The position numbers were made by a program, and so were the translations under genes. Below, in pieces: positions 39,490 through 51,800 of a DNA stretch of 64,000 nt (positions are counted from its first letter, which is position 1; the number at the start of each line of letters is the position of its first letter). Origin of the DNA: Octopus vulgaris (taxonomy: Eukaryota); the NCBI GenBank assembly GCA_951406725.2, contig OX597815.1, forward strand, positions 52,576,001 through 52,640,000. The letters are read 5' to 3'. Below the pieces are notes generated by a model. The model saw only the letters and a list, made by a program, of their open reading frames with translations, did not search any database and was not told the DNA's origin.

Positions 39490-39652
39490 GTTAATTAAGA
39501 TATTATTCAACATATTCCCCACTCAGATTCACATATTTATTGCAACGGTCCTTCAGTTTTTCTGAGCACAGTAAAAGAACTCGGAAGTTTGTGCCTCGAA
39601 CCAGACCTTTCGCGACACCCTTAAAGTCAGGACATTTTCAGCACCCCGCTTA
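39490..39652 (-). mobile_element. Mariner-derived MITE fragment
   Basis: Minus strand GGGGTGCTGAAAA TIR-like start and transposase tail KLKDRCNKYVNLSGEYVE*. Confidence 0.65.
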
Positions 39653-39939
39653 TGTAATACCAATATATACACATGAATAATTTACATGTTGTATGGCGCA
39701 AAAGGGTTCGTGTGAGATTATATAGTAAAACGATTCATGATATCGAAACAAAGTCTTGAATTATCTCTCTCGTTATATTCTGCAGTCAGGTAAAGATGTG
39801 TGTGTGTGTGTGTGCTTGTGTGTGCATATATATATATATACATATATACCTATATACATACGCACATACATGCCTACATATATAATCTTACATGTATACA
39901 TACATGCATACAAACATACATACATATATATATACATAG

Positions 39940-40019
<80 letters not shown>

Positions 40020-40071
40020 GCACACACACACACACATATATATTACATATACACTTATGCACGCACACATA

Positions 40072-40925
40072 CTGAAGGTGCACTCCCTAAGTGTTTAGTT
40101 TAGCCTTTTCAAATAAATTTAAAAGTACAAAACTCTAATCTCTTTCAAAGTAGGATCCTCTAACTTCAATGTACTTGTTGTGGCAATCCTGCCACTTCAT
40201 GAAGGCTCCATGGAATTCCCTCCAAAGTGAAGATGTGTTTCCAGGACTCTTGCCACATCCTCCTTCATCTCCTTTAGCAAGCAAAAGTCAGACGGAGCAA
40301 AGTTCGAACTGCAGGAAGATTGAGGGACATTTTTGATGTCCAGTTCTGTCAAGTAGTTGGTTACCCGGATGAAATTTTGTACTTGTGCATTGTCCTGGTG
40401 CAACTGCTCTGCCTTTTTGCGGCGAATTATTTTCCTGAATTCTCTCAAAACCTCCACAAAGTACTCTTTGTTGACTGTCTGACCGGGAGGAATTCAATAG
40501 ATGTAGATGATGCCCTTCTTATCAAATCAAATCAAGAACTTCCCGGTGGACTTTGCTTTGCCTGGCATTTTGTGGCAACAAAAAACAGATTCTCGACTCA
40601 CTCAAGTTCTCTCATAAGCAGTCTAGAGCATTTCATACGCTTTCGTAGTGATGTTACTCATTTTAATACAAAATAGTATTGAATAGTGACCTTCCAAATT
40701 ATCCCATGTCCCGAGTGCATTGTGCAAATTAGTCAGGTGTGACTAGCGGTGTTTAGTAGGGTGTATTCACATTGCTGTGACATCTGTCACCTTCAATCTG
40801 GAATGATAATAGTTGGAAAGTCAGCTTATTAGATGTATAGTAATGATAGACTAAAATTACAGTAATGTAGGACAGTTATAACTGCCTCTCTTAAAGACGT
40901 GTCAGTAATTCCGGAATGCACCACG
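40072..40925 (-). mobile_element. Internally deleted, decayed mariner (Tc1/mariner) element
   Basis: EVLREFRKIIRRKK..LHQDNA..VPQSSCSSNFAPSDF (HHDNA and YSPDLAPSD motifs); degenerate GGTGCAYTCC TIRs with flanking TA. Confidence 0.8.
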
Positions 40926-41052
40926 TATATGTGTGTATGTATTTAGATCAGTATATATATATATATATATATATATTCATTTAGAGATAGTAGGCCCCTT
41001 CATCTCACCATATAACAGAAATTTAATTTAAATACTTACTACTTTATAACTT

Positions 41053-41147
41053 GGCTACACATGTTTAATGAGGTACATTTCCCGGTTCCTTAACCACGCT
41101 GTGTTTTGCTGGAACCATTCATAAAATATAACCCCAATCATCAGGCC
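41053..41147 (-). ncRNA. Mutated copy of the hammerhead in the inverted arm
   Basis: Reverse complement of 43411-43505, but GAAA reads TAAA and CCCCA reads CCTCA. Confidence 0.75.
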
Positions 41148-43410
41148 CCTATCTCACTTTCTCATAGTTTGATACTATAAACTATATTTTAATTTTTTAA
41201 ACAAATAAGTATGTGTAAAATAGGTTCGCCGGACCCTACTGTACAAGCCATGATTTAATTCAAATAAAAAGTTACAAAAATAAAAAACGAAATCTTACAA
41301 AAATAAAATGACAAATAAAAATAAAAATAAAAAATACGAATAAAAATAAAAATTTACAAAAACTATGTTCTTACGTAACTTATGCCTATAAATATGAAAT
41401 TAATAATATGTAGGGTTAAAAATTAAAATATATACTTGTGATGATATAAAATGATATAAAATGAAAATAATATTATAATAGTAATAATAGGATAACACAC
41501 CGTAATGCTATGGAATTCAAGATGATAAAAAAACAGGAAAAATATAAATGGTATAAAGTATATGGATAGGTTGAGTTTAATGGGGAAGGATTTAAAATTA
41601 AAAGAAAATCATAATGGATACAATACTTTAAATAATATAGAAGAGAATAACAAGACTTGTGTAAATAAAGATATGGGGATTAATAATATAAACATAAATA
41701 AAAATAATAATAAAATTATATGGTTGATAGTCCCATATGGTACTCAAGTTAAAATTAATATTATTAAAGATATCACTAATACAATAGAATCATTTATTAT
41801 GGAAAATAAGAAATATATCGAAATATTCTCTAAAAATAATATAGGAGTGGGGTAGTCAACTACTAACAATGTAGGGAATATTATTTCATCAATAAGTAAG
41901 TATAGGCTGAATAAATATTATTATAATAAATTAAATACGCATCTGAATAGGAGTGCTGGAGACTGTAATAGTTGTAACTGTAGAGATAAAAACCAATGTA
42001 ACAAAAGGAAGATGTAATGTTAGTGATGTAGTATATACATGTGTAGTTTCTGTAAAAGTAGATAGAAATGAAAATTGTGGAATAAATAATCCGGATATTG
42101 GAAATTATCCAGATAGAACGTATATAGGTTCGACAAAATGAAACAACGAATAGAACAGCACTTGAATTCATGTAAAACTTAGGAATTCGACAGGACTAAG
42201 TAAATACGTTTGGAGTTTAAAGTCGAAAGAAATCAATTATGAATTAAAGTGGGAGATAATATGTAAAGCGAAATCGTATAGAATTGGAAATAGGTCATGT
42301 CTGTTATGTACCTATGAATTCATGGAGATATTATGGATAAAACTTGTGTAAATAAAGATATGGAGATTAATAATATAAATATAAATAAAAATAATAATAA
42401 AATTATATGGTTAATAGTCTCATATGGTACTCAAGTTAAAATTAATATTATTAAAGATATCACTAATACAATAGAATCATTTATTATGCTCAGGAGGAAA
42501 GAAAAATTAAATGTAAACATAGACTGAAATGCCTAATTAATAACGCCTAATCCTAAATTTAAGCGTAAGTATTATTAATACTATTATTATTTAATATGAA
42601 ACTACTAGGTTAAATTAACTTACCATTAGATGTGGGGAGGAATAGCAGTGCGTTGTGAGTGATTAAAGGGTGGGAATAATGCGGAATAATACGAAATAAA
42701 AAAAGTAATGTTCCCAGGATACTTTTTTGTATTTTCGTGGACTATGTTTACTATTAAGATAATATGTTAATTTAGTAATAGTTTAAAAGAAGCAGGAAGG
42801 AGGTGTGTGTGCAGTTCGCTGGACCTTGCGATGTCAAGCCGTAATTAAGACGTAGGAGGACAATGGAGTCAACAGTGATTTGTATATACTCCTTTACGTT
42901 ACCCTTAAGTTATTTTTACTTTGTAAATTTTTAATTATTATCATTCGTATCATTTGTAAATTTTGCATTTCGTCATTCGTACTATAGTTTTTATTCGAAA
43001 ATATTTATTCGTCATTGCTTCCATTTTTATTCGAATATATATTTGCCATTCCTTTCATTTTATATCATTTTATATCATCACAAGTATATATATTTATTTT
43101 TAACCCTATATATTATTAATTTCATATTTATAGGCATAAGTTACGTAAGAACATAGTTTTTGTAAATTTTAATTTTTATTCGTATTTTTTATTTTCATCT
43201 TTATTTTTCATTTTATTTCTGTAAGTTTTATTTTTGTAAGTTTTTATTTTTATTTTTGTAACTTTTTATTTGAATTAAATTATGGGTTTTACGGCGAACT
43301 TTATTTGAATTAAATTATAGGTTTTACGGTGAACCTATTTTACACATACTTATTTGTTCAAAAAATGAAAATATGGTTTATAGTATCAAACTATGAAAAA
43401 GTGAGATAGG

Positions 43411-43505
43411 GGCCTGATGATTGGGGTTATATTTTATGAATGGTTCCAGCAAAATACAGCGTGGTTAAGGAACCGGGAAATGTACCCCATGAAACGCGTG
43501 TAGCC
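43411..43505 (+). ncRNA. Type I hammerhead ribozyme with extended stem II
   Basis: GGC-CTGATGA(43414-20)-TTGGGGT..GGTTCC/GGAACC..ACCCCAT-GAAA(43491-94)-CGCGTG-TA-GCC. Intact core, GUA cleavage triplet, palindromic ACGCGT loop III. Confidence 0.8.
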
Positions 43506-43858
43506 AAGTTATACAGTAGTAAGTATTTAAATTAAATTTCTTTTATATGGTGAGATGAAGGGGCCTACTATCTCTAAATGAAAATATATATTTTCTCATT
43601 GAGAATAATTTGAACCCCTGTTATACCGGAATTTTTATTCCCTAACAAATAAAATTAAATATATATATATGTATATATTTGTATATACATAAGAGAGGCA
43701 GGCAACAGGTTGCGTAGCCACATACCGAAAGATTAGAAATAGCACTCAAAGACTGTTTATTTCTATTTTCTACAAATGAGACTCCACATATGACATATCC
43801 CTGCAATTCGCATATGCAAAACAGAAGGAAGAAATAACGAAAACAATGTCTAATAGTT

Positions 43859-43917
43859 ATTTACGAACGCGTTTCTAGATTAGGAATATAAACTCCATGT
43901 CTTTCATCAGCGTAAAC
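43859..43917 (-). ncRNA. Minimal type I hammerhead ribozyme (separate PLE relic, ~43770-44050)
   Basis: Minus strand GTTTACG-CTGATGA-AAGACATGGAGTTTATATTCCTAATCTA-GAAA-CGCG-TT-CGTAAAT. 7-bp stem I, intact core, palindromic AACGCGTT; stem II imperfect. Confidence 0.75.
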
Positions 43918-44483
43918 CTCTACTAAAATGCTACGTACCTCCACTTCCCGATCAGGCGACATCGGAATAGTAGAAGAAAGCAAGCATAAGCCAAACATAT
44001 ACAGACGAATGAATCGGCAATTTTCCCTCCAAAATATTACCACGCGTATTACAAAAATAGTTCTTTAGAAATAGAACTATTGGTTGTCATAAGGGAGTGA
44101 AAAATTCCAATTAGTAATATAATAAGAATAAATAATATCTTTAATGGTTTTTTAAAAAAAAACAACAATTATTTACGGGTAGATTTCAGCATGTAAATAT
44201 AACCATTAGCCAGAAGCATGTTCTTTTCCTTAATAGTATGTCAAATCTCGTGTAGACCTCTCCTCTATCGTCGTTTGTTGATTATGACACATTTGCAGAG
44301 GAGACGATATTTTTGATAATGAAGAATTTATATTGTATAGTATTCGATATACCTGTATTTATGTATGTTGTTCAAAACATGCCGCTGGCAATCCTGAGCT
44401 ATTTTTCTTAGATCACTTTAGTTTAATTTACATGAAATCTCACTGGCGTGACACAGAGTAGCAAAGAGACTGACTAGACTGAA

Positions 44484-44745
44484 ATGTATGTATGTATGTA
44501 TGTATGTATGTATGTATGTATGTATGTATGTATGTATGTGTGTGTGTGTGTATGTATATGTGTATGTATGTATGTATGTGTGTATGTATGTATGTATGTA
44601 TGTATGTATATATGTATGTATGAATGTGTGTGTTTGTATGTGTATGTGTGTGTGTGTGCGTGTGTGCGTGTGCGCGTATGTGTGTGTGTGTTTATGTATG
44701 TATGAAGGTATACATATATACATGCACAACCACACGCACACATAT
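44484..44745. repeat. (TATG)n/(TG)n microsatellite
   Basis: Directly visible. Confidence 0.95.
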
Positions 44746-44944
44746 ACACATATAGAGAGGACCACATTGGACCACATTCGTTGAATGTGTTTAATCATAA
44801 GACTGCAAAGTGCGATTTGAAATTTGGCTACTCTTTTCGCAGATGGAGCAACCACATTGAGGCTTCCCTCGTTGTTGTTGTTGTTGTTGTTGTTGTTGTT
44901 ATAGCTGGTTTAAGTCTTGGTGGCTATGCACAAGTAACTGTAAT

Positions 44945-45307
44945 ATTGGTTTCAAATTTTGGCATAAGGCCGGAAATTTTATCTGAAGGGTTAATTTGAA
45001 CTTAGAACGTAAAGGTGGACGAAATGGCACTAAGCATTTTGTCCGGCGTGCTAACTGTTATGCCAGCTCACCACTTTAAGGAAATGTTAATACTAGTTTC
45101 AAATTTTGGCTCCAGGTCAGCACTTTCGGGAGTGGAACCAAGTCGATTTGATTGACCACAGTGCTTAACTAGTACTTATTCTATCAACCACGAAAGGGAT
45201 TAAAGGCAAAGCTAACCTCGGAGGGATTTGAACTCAGAACGGAAAAACGAACGAAATGCTGCTAAGCATTTTGTCTAGCGTGCTAACGATTCTGCCGACT
45301 CACCGCC
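44945..45307 (-). mobile_element. Two tandem SINE family B copies
   Basis: Heads end at ~45075 and 45307; family-B core. Confidence 0.85.
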
Positions 45308-45333
45308 AAAGAAATATTGATTGTAAAGGAAAA

Positions 45334-45545
45334 GGCGGCGAGCTGGTAGCATTGTTAGCACGCCGGGCAAAATGCCTAGCAGCATTTCTCCCGTCTTTGC
45401 TTTCTGAGTTCGAATTCTACCTGTCCTCTTTGCTTTCATCCTTTTGGGGTCAATGAAATAAGTACCAGTTCAGGACTCGGGATCAGCGTAATCAACTTAC
45501 CCCTCTCTCAAACTTGCTGGCCTTATGCCAAAAATTTGAAGCCAT
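45334..45545 (+). mobile_element. SINE family B, full length
   Basis: GGCGGCGAGCTGGTAGCATTGTTAGCACGCCGGGC..GAGTTCGAATTC (B box)..GGCCTTATGCCAAAAATTTGAA tail. Confidence 0.9.
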
Positions 45546-45599
45546 TCTTGACAGTGATTTTGGCGCTATTGAAGTTGGTGGTGATGTTGAAATTATTGG

Positions 45600-45659
45600 T
45601 TATCGTCATCGTTGTCGTCGTTGTAGCAGCAACAGTAGATGTAGTAGTAGTACTAGTAA

Positions 45660-45701
<42 letters not shown>

Positions 45702-45954
45702 AAGTAGTAGTAATAGCAGCAGCAGTGATTGGAGTGGAGAGATGCTGAAAATGGTCTCAATGGTTTTGAAAGACGAGTTGGCTGTTGGTGTTGAAAGCAA
45801 TATCTATAGCAGTGGCGGTGTTGGTAGTGGTGAAGGCACTAGTGGTAAAAGTAGCGATAGCTGAAGTGGTAGTAATGATATCATTTGTGGTGGTGGTGGT
45901 GGTTTTGTTAATAGTTTCTGACAGCTGTAGTGGTCGTAATAGTAATTGCAGTTA

Positions 45955-46039
<85 letters not shown>

Positions 46040-46040
46040 G

Positions 46041-46119
<79 letters not shown>

Positions 46120-46947
46120 ATCTATCCATCTGTGTGTGTATGTATGTGTATGTGTGTGTGTGTCTCTGTGTCTGTGTGTGTATTTATATAAAAGCAGTCA
46201 TGGTGGTTGTGTTGCGGAGTCGGTGATGGTGATAAGCAAGTGTGGTGTTGAGCTGTCCAAGCCAAGCCGTCTGACGAGGCTATCTATGTAATAGCGTAAA
46301 GTTAATACAAGAAGAGCAAGAGAATGTGAGGCGGGACAGGGCAGAAATCATCTGACGAGATTCACTGAGTGAATTAAGCTCATTACATTGACAATACTTC
46401 TTGAAATCACTAAGAACATAGAGAAGATACACGATAAATACCTACAGCGATTGAATCAATATATTTCCTTTAGTACCTGAATAAGTTTTACAGTAATGGC
46501 GGTGTGCTCCTGCTGGTGGCGGTGGTAGTGGTGATGGCGGAGGAGATAGTGATGGTGGTAAAGGCGATGCACTGGTAGTGGTGGTGGTGGTGGTGGTGAT
46601 ATTGACGTTGATGATGGCGATGGTAGTGGTGATAGTGATGGTGTTGGTGGAAGCGATGGTGGTGGTAATGGTTTTGGTGGTAGTAGTGAATATGGCGGTT
46701 ACAGTGGTAGTGGTGGAGTGGGCAGTGGTGGTGATAATGTTAAGAAATTAGAGTAGTAGTAGAGATGATTGCTGTTTGATGCTGGTGGCGGCGGTGGCAG
46801 TGGCAGTGTTTGACGATTGAGTTAATGGACATGGGTTGTAATGGGGATGACGCTGATGATGATTATGATGACGATGGCGGGACGGCATGGTGGAGGTGGT
46901 GTTACCATCACCACCACCACCACCACCACCACCACCGCCGCCGCTAT

Positions 46948-47012
<65 letters not shown>

Positions 47013-47452
47013 ACTGTGGAACGGTGGAACGGTGATGGAAGTGATGCAAGCAATGATAGTGATGGTGGTGGTGGCTGTTGCTGTAATTTGTGTTGATCGT
47101 GGCCGTAGTATCGGTTTAGTTGTGATATTGTTGTGGTGGTTGTGTTGCTAGTGATGGTAATGGTAGTAATTATGTTGTTGTTGTTGTTGTTCGTAGTTGT
47201 AGCAATATGGCGGTGGCTTTTGGTATTGTTGCTCGTGGCGATGGTGAGGAATGGTGGTTGTTGGGTCGGGTTTTGGTGCAAACAGGAACATAAAAGAATC
47301 ATACGTTTTATGGTGAATTAGCAATTCTATCGTCAAGCTGATAAAGATGTTGATTATAATCATGCTTATAATGATAATCGGGTTTGATAATCATAATGGT
47401 GATTGTGATGGTGGTGGTGGTGGTGGTGGTGATGATGATGATGATGATGATA

Positions 47453-47544
<92 letters not shown>

Positions 47545-47615
47545 GGCTGTGGTGGTGGTGGTGGTGGTAGTGGTGGTGGTGATGGCGGTGGTTGCGATGA
47601 TGACTGTGGTGAAGG
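45600..47615. repeat. ~2-kb low-complexity region: (GTA)n, (TCTA)n, (GGT)n, (CAC)n, (CTA)n, (GAT)n
   Basis: Directly visible. Confidence 0.92.
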
Positions 47616-48094
47616 TAATGTTTGGATATTTTGTGTTTTGTAGTAAGTGCAAGCAAGTCCAGGATGCTAATCTCCAGGAGATTAGTCTGTGTACCGGTGA
47701 GCTATAATAATACTTAATAATGAAAATGAAAGTAAGGGATGCTAGACAAGCTGAACTTCTTAAATCTGATCTTTCATGGTCGGCACGTTTTTGAATTTGC
47801 TACCATTAGTTTGTTGATCCTCTAGTAAGGTCGGGCTGTTAGTCACCAAACTTTGTTTTCTGCAGCTAAGTGTCTAGATGATATAGTTCCTCATCTTTCT
47901 GATATTTAGTTGCATTTTAATGCTTCAGGATATCGTCCAAAGTACTGAGAGAAGCGAATAAAGGCGGGAGTGCTAATAAGCGTACGTACAAATAACTATT
48001 TTTACTTGAAATGAAATGAAGGAATATCTGTATAGAATTTTCTGCTAGTCCTTTTTTAGTATATGTAGCAAAATATTTTGTATGCAAACATTAT

Positions 48095-48265
48095 TACATG
48101 CCGGACAAAATGCTTAGCAGCATTTCGCCCGTCCTTATCTTCTGAGTTCAAATTCCGCCGAGATCGACTTTACCTTTCATCTTTTTGTGCTCGACGACTA
48201 AGTACAGTCGAATCGATGTAATCGGTTAGCCCCTTCCTCTTAAATTTTAGGCCTGTAATAGAAAC
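48095..48265 (+). mobile_element. SINE family B
   Basis: GCATTTCGCCCG..GAGTTCAAATTCCGCCGAGATCGACTTT. Confidence 0.8.
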
Positions 48266-50513
48266 AACTATGAGTTGTATTTCTGTTTTAAGCAATGTTC
48301 TAGCTTTAATAGAATGAGATAGTTAAACTCTATTTACAGAATCTGAAACTTGAGGGTTAGATTCTGTTTTCTAACATTTTCTCTTAATCCGGTGATGGCC
48401 AGATCGTAAGATTACGGATATGAGAGGATCAAAGTATATTTGATCGTGGGTTTTGAATTGCTTTGCAGTGAAAACAGATGAGACTAGACTGAGCTCTGTA
48501 ATTTTATCACCGTGAAAGTGAAAGTACAAGACACTTGAGGTAATTTAGTTGAAGCGTTTGCAATGTTCTGATGTGAGCACGGCTTTCTGTTCTTAAACTG
48601 TGGCTAATTAGTGCTCTGTAATGATAGAAGGTGCTGGTTTTTTGTTCCAGTTTAAATCATGATGGTGCAGTGTTTTGGATTATCCAGTAGTTATATTGTG
48701 CCTTGTAGTGACAGAAAGTACTAGGCTTTTGTTTCTGCTTAAGTAGTGCTTCAAAGTGAGAGCGAAAAGAGACTTGTCTATAATCCGGAGTTATGTAGTG
48801 CTTTGGTGAAAAGTCGTCTCGGCTTCTATTTTAATTTCATTCACATCTTGGATACATTATAAGACCAAAAACTGATCCCAGTATTTCTATAGAACTCTAT
48901 CTTATTGGCCTCTGAAGGATGAAATTTAAAGCTGACTGCGCCTGGATTTGAATTCAGAACGTAGAGGATCGTAGTAAATATTATAATTTGAGTTACATGG
49001 TGTTTTAAAATAAAAGAAATGTAAAGTACTCGTGTCTTTAATTACTTTTAGCATGTGTACAAGTGACAATAGTTGACGTTGATTTAACTCAAAGATGTAT
49101 AGTAGATGCTGTTTTGGGAATCCACGACCGAGCTGACATATGATCAAAAGTATTCCCTTCGTGATCATCCATTCTTTTACTTTTTAAACAAATATTTTCC
49201 AGAACTACATCACCAAAATATCCAAAATATGATGTGATTTGAAGAAAATCTGTGTATTTCCTGCAGGTCAAACAATCATGTAGAGGCACCTTCATTGTAC
49301 CACAAATTAGCTTTCTTAGTGTAAAATAGAGGGGAAAAAAGAACTGCGATAAGTAGCTTTTAGAAGTTTTACCCAGACACATAGCGAAAGGCCTGGATTG
49401 ACCATTTTCTTCTTTCGCTGGACTCCTGATTTCTTACATTAGCAATGGGCAACACATTTTATAATATAGACAAACGATCTGACAGCAGTATAGGATGACC
49501 ATTATTTCCTTAATGACCCTATATAGTTACTGTACTCAGAACATAGAAACAGCAGTAAATGTTGTTATACACATTATAAATAATATTTATCAAATTCATA
49601 CCGTTGGCTCGTTTGAATTACACCTTTTAGCTGAATTTACTGTTTAGATTATGCAAATTATACTACCTAATCCTTATTTGTAACTCTTTTACTAGTTATA
49701 ACTCTTTATCAACATATGAAGACGTGTTGACTATACTATGCTAATGAAATCTAACAGGGAGAAAAATATCTACACTTATTCCTTAGCTGCAAGCTAAGGT
49801 CAAACTTTTATTCTTATTGTTAATTTAAGAGAGTAATTCTTAAGTGCTTGAAGTTATCTTCCCCTTTTCTTTGCTAGTCACTAACAGTTGTTGATAAGTT
49901 GTGTGCTTTTCTCTCTCGAACTTAAATTTTTTTTTTTAAATAATTAAGAATTTGTTGCTATCAGCATTCAATGCATCACCTCTTAACTTACAAAAAAAAA
50001 AAGCCCTAAAATATTTAGTTCGTTGTTCTTTAATTTGTGCAAATAGTAACAATATCTTTACATTGATATAATGCCAAAAATTGTTCACATTCGCTTTATC
50101 TTGTATTCGAGAATTTAGTTTCTTTATGGTGATGGCGTTGATAACTTAATAGACCAATTCTTGCATAGATGAGTCGATGTCATTGACTGCATGGTAATGT
50201 TGGTGGAGGACGTGGTTTATTTTGTCAAGCCTTTCTTTCCTGCCGTTTGATTTCTTCATTTACTCTTCTGGTTGCTTCGAAGATTTTGTTTCCGATGGTG
50301 ATGGAACACTGCCACTTGGCACGGTTTCGAATTGCTTACAAATGTGAAAAAAATACATAACAATGTACCCAGTACATTCTTGGGACAACCACTTATGACA
50401 GAAATGGTAAAGACATCCCTAGTATCAAACGCGAAAGAATAATACTAAAATAATTTATAGAATTTAGTCCACCTGTTTACAGTTTCTGCTTCAACTATTA
50501 ATAAAGTGTCCGA

Positions 50514-51800
50514 GGCGGTAACCTGGCAGAACCGTTTACATGTCGGATAAAATGCTTAGTGACATTTCGTTCGTTCTTGCGTTCTAAGTTCAAATTCCGT
50601 TGCGGTCGACTTAGCCTTTCATCCTTTCGAGGTCGATTAAATAAGAATCAGACAAGTACTAAGTTCGATGTAATCGACTTATCACTCTGCTCAAAAACTG
50701 CTGACCTGTAGCAAAAATTGAAACTATTATTAATAAAGCAGTCGGCCAAATACCTTGAGGTTTTGAGTTACATATTTATTCGTTCTGTGTTCAAATACCA
50801 CCAATGTTGACAGCACCGTTTTTTTTTCTTCTGGTTCTGATAAAAAGGCAATAGTCCCTTAAGATCTTAAGCGACTATACCCAGTGGCGTAGATAGGGTA
50901 AACCACGCCCGGGGCAAGCCGCAAAAATGTGCCTCCCTCCATTACAAAATCCACGATACTATATAGTACTTATTTGTTACTAGTAATTAATGTTTTAAAG
51001 CAATATTTTACCAGGGTTCATCTACCTGCCGATTCTGTACAGCCTGTAATCCGAAATATATTTTTTGAACGTTTACTTTTACGAAACCTCCTTTATTAAT
51101 CATTTAATGCATCAGCCAGCTTCTCCGATTGTAATATTAAAAAAACCTGTGTGAAATGCGATGTAATAAAAAAATGCTATTGTTTAAAGTCTCATATTTC
51201 TTGCTTTTGATGAGACGCCCCCCTTCAATCGGCGCCCGGGGCACGTTCCTCCTTGCCCCCCCCCCCCCAGTTACGCTACTGACTATAACTGTCTTCAAAC
51301 TTTGAATCCTTGTGCCTATATTTGAAATCGTTATTATTAAAATCGATAAATAAAGCTAGGCACGGAAAATGCCTGGCTTTATATTGTTGATGCCCTTTAA
51401 GTACTGAGCTCAAGTCCCAATGAGTATGAACTTTCATTTCATCCTTCCAAGATCAATAAAATGAGATACCTACCAAACATTGGGTTAGTATAATATAGAA
51501 TCCTCACCACCACTGAATTTTAGGTCTTTATGAGATCTATGTTTAGTTAAGACCTTTATTTTTTGTTGTTGAAATCCTGGAGTTTCTATGCCACTATTTA
51601 TCGTCCCGGAATCGGGGTCGATAAATAAGTACCTGTGAAACACTGGATCCTTAAAGTCGATCACAATACATTCACAAAATCCATGGCCTTGTGCCTATGT
51701 AGGAAAATATCGCTTCATTTATAATATTGAGATTAAAATCCCGCTGTTGTCGTCATTTCCTTTCATCTTTCCCGGATAGCTAAAATAAAATACTAGTCAA
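50514..51800 (+). mobile_element. Head-to-tail train of about five progressively decayed SINE family B copies
   Basis: Family-B motifs recur at ~50514-50725, 50745-51335 (split by the MITE), 51360-51540, 51560-51710 and 51725-51800. Confidence 0.6.
50882..51281. mobile_element. hAT-superfamily MITE (400 bp) with 8-bp TSD
   Basis: TIRs CAGTGGCGTA / TACGCTACTG, subterminal GCCCGGGGCA motifs at both ends, flanks ACTATACC / ACTATAAC. Confidence 0.85.

Larger units (their letters stand above)
40976..43660 (+). mobile_element. Penelope-like element, Hydra-type, with an inverted pLTR copy at its 5' end; inserted in (TA)n
   Basis: IIWLIVPYGTQVKINI; linker CNCRDKNQC (CxCx5C); GRCNVSDVVY..YIGST (GIY-YIG); TGLSKYVWSLK..KWEII..SCLLCTYE (C-terminal CxxC). 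(TA)n at both ends; arms 40976-41466 and 43053-43582 are reverse complements. Confidence 0.85.

Noticed and set aside
46271-46380. Two CTGACGA motifs each followed by a hairpin
   Set aside because: Neither is followed by GAAA and no stem I partner exists.
47640-50460. Possible old LINE relics at ~47700-48830 and ~49950-50450
   Set aside because: No diagnostic motif could be read with confidence.
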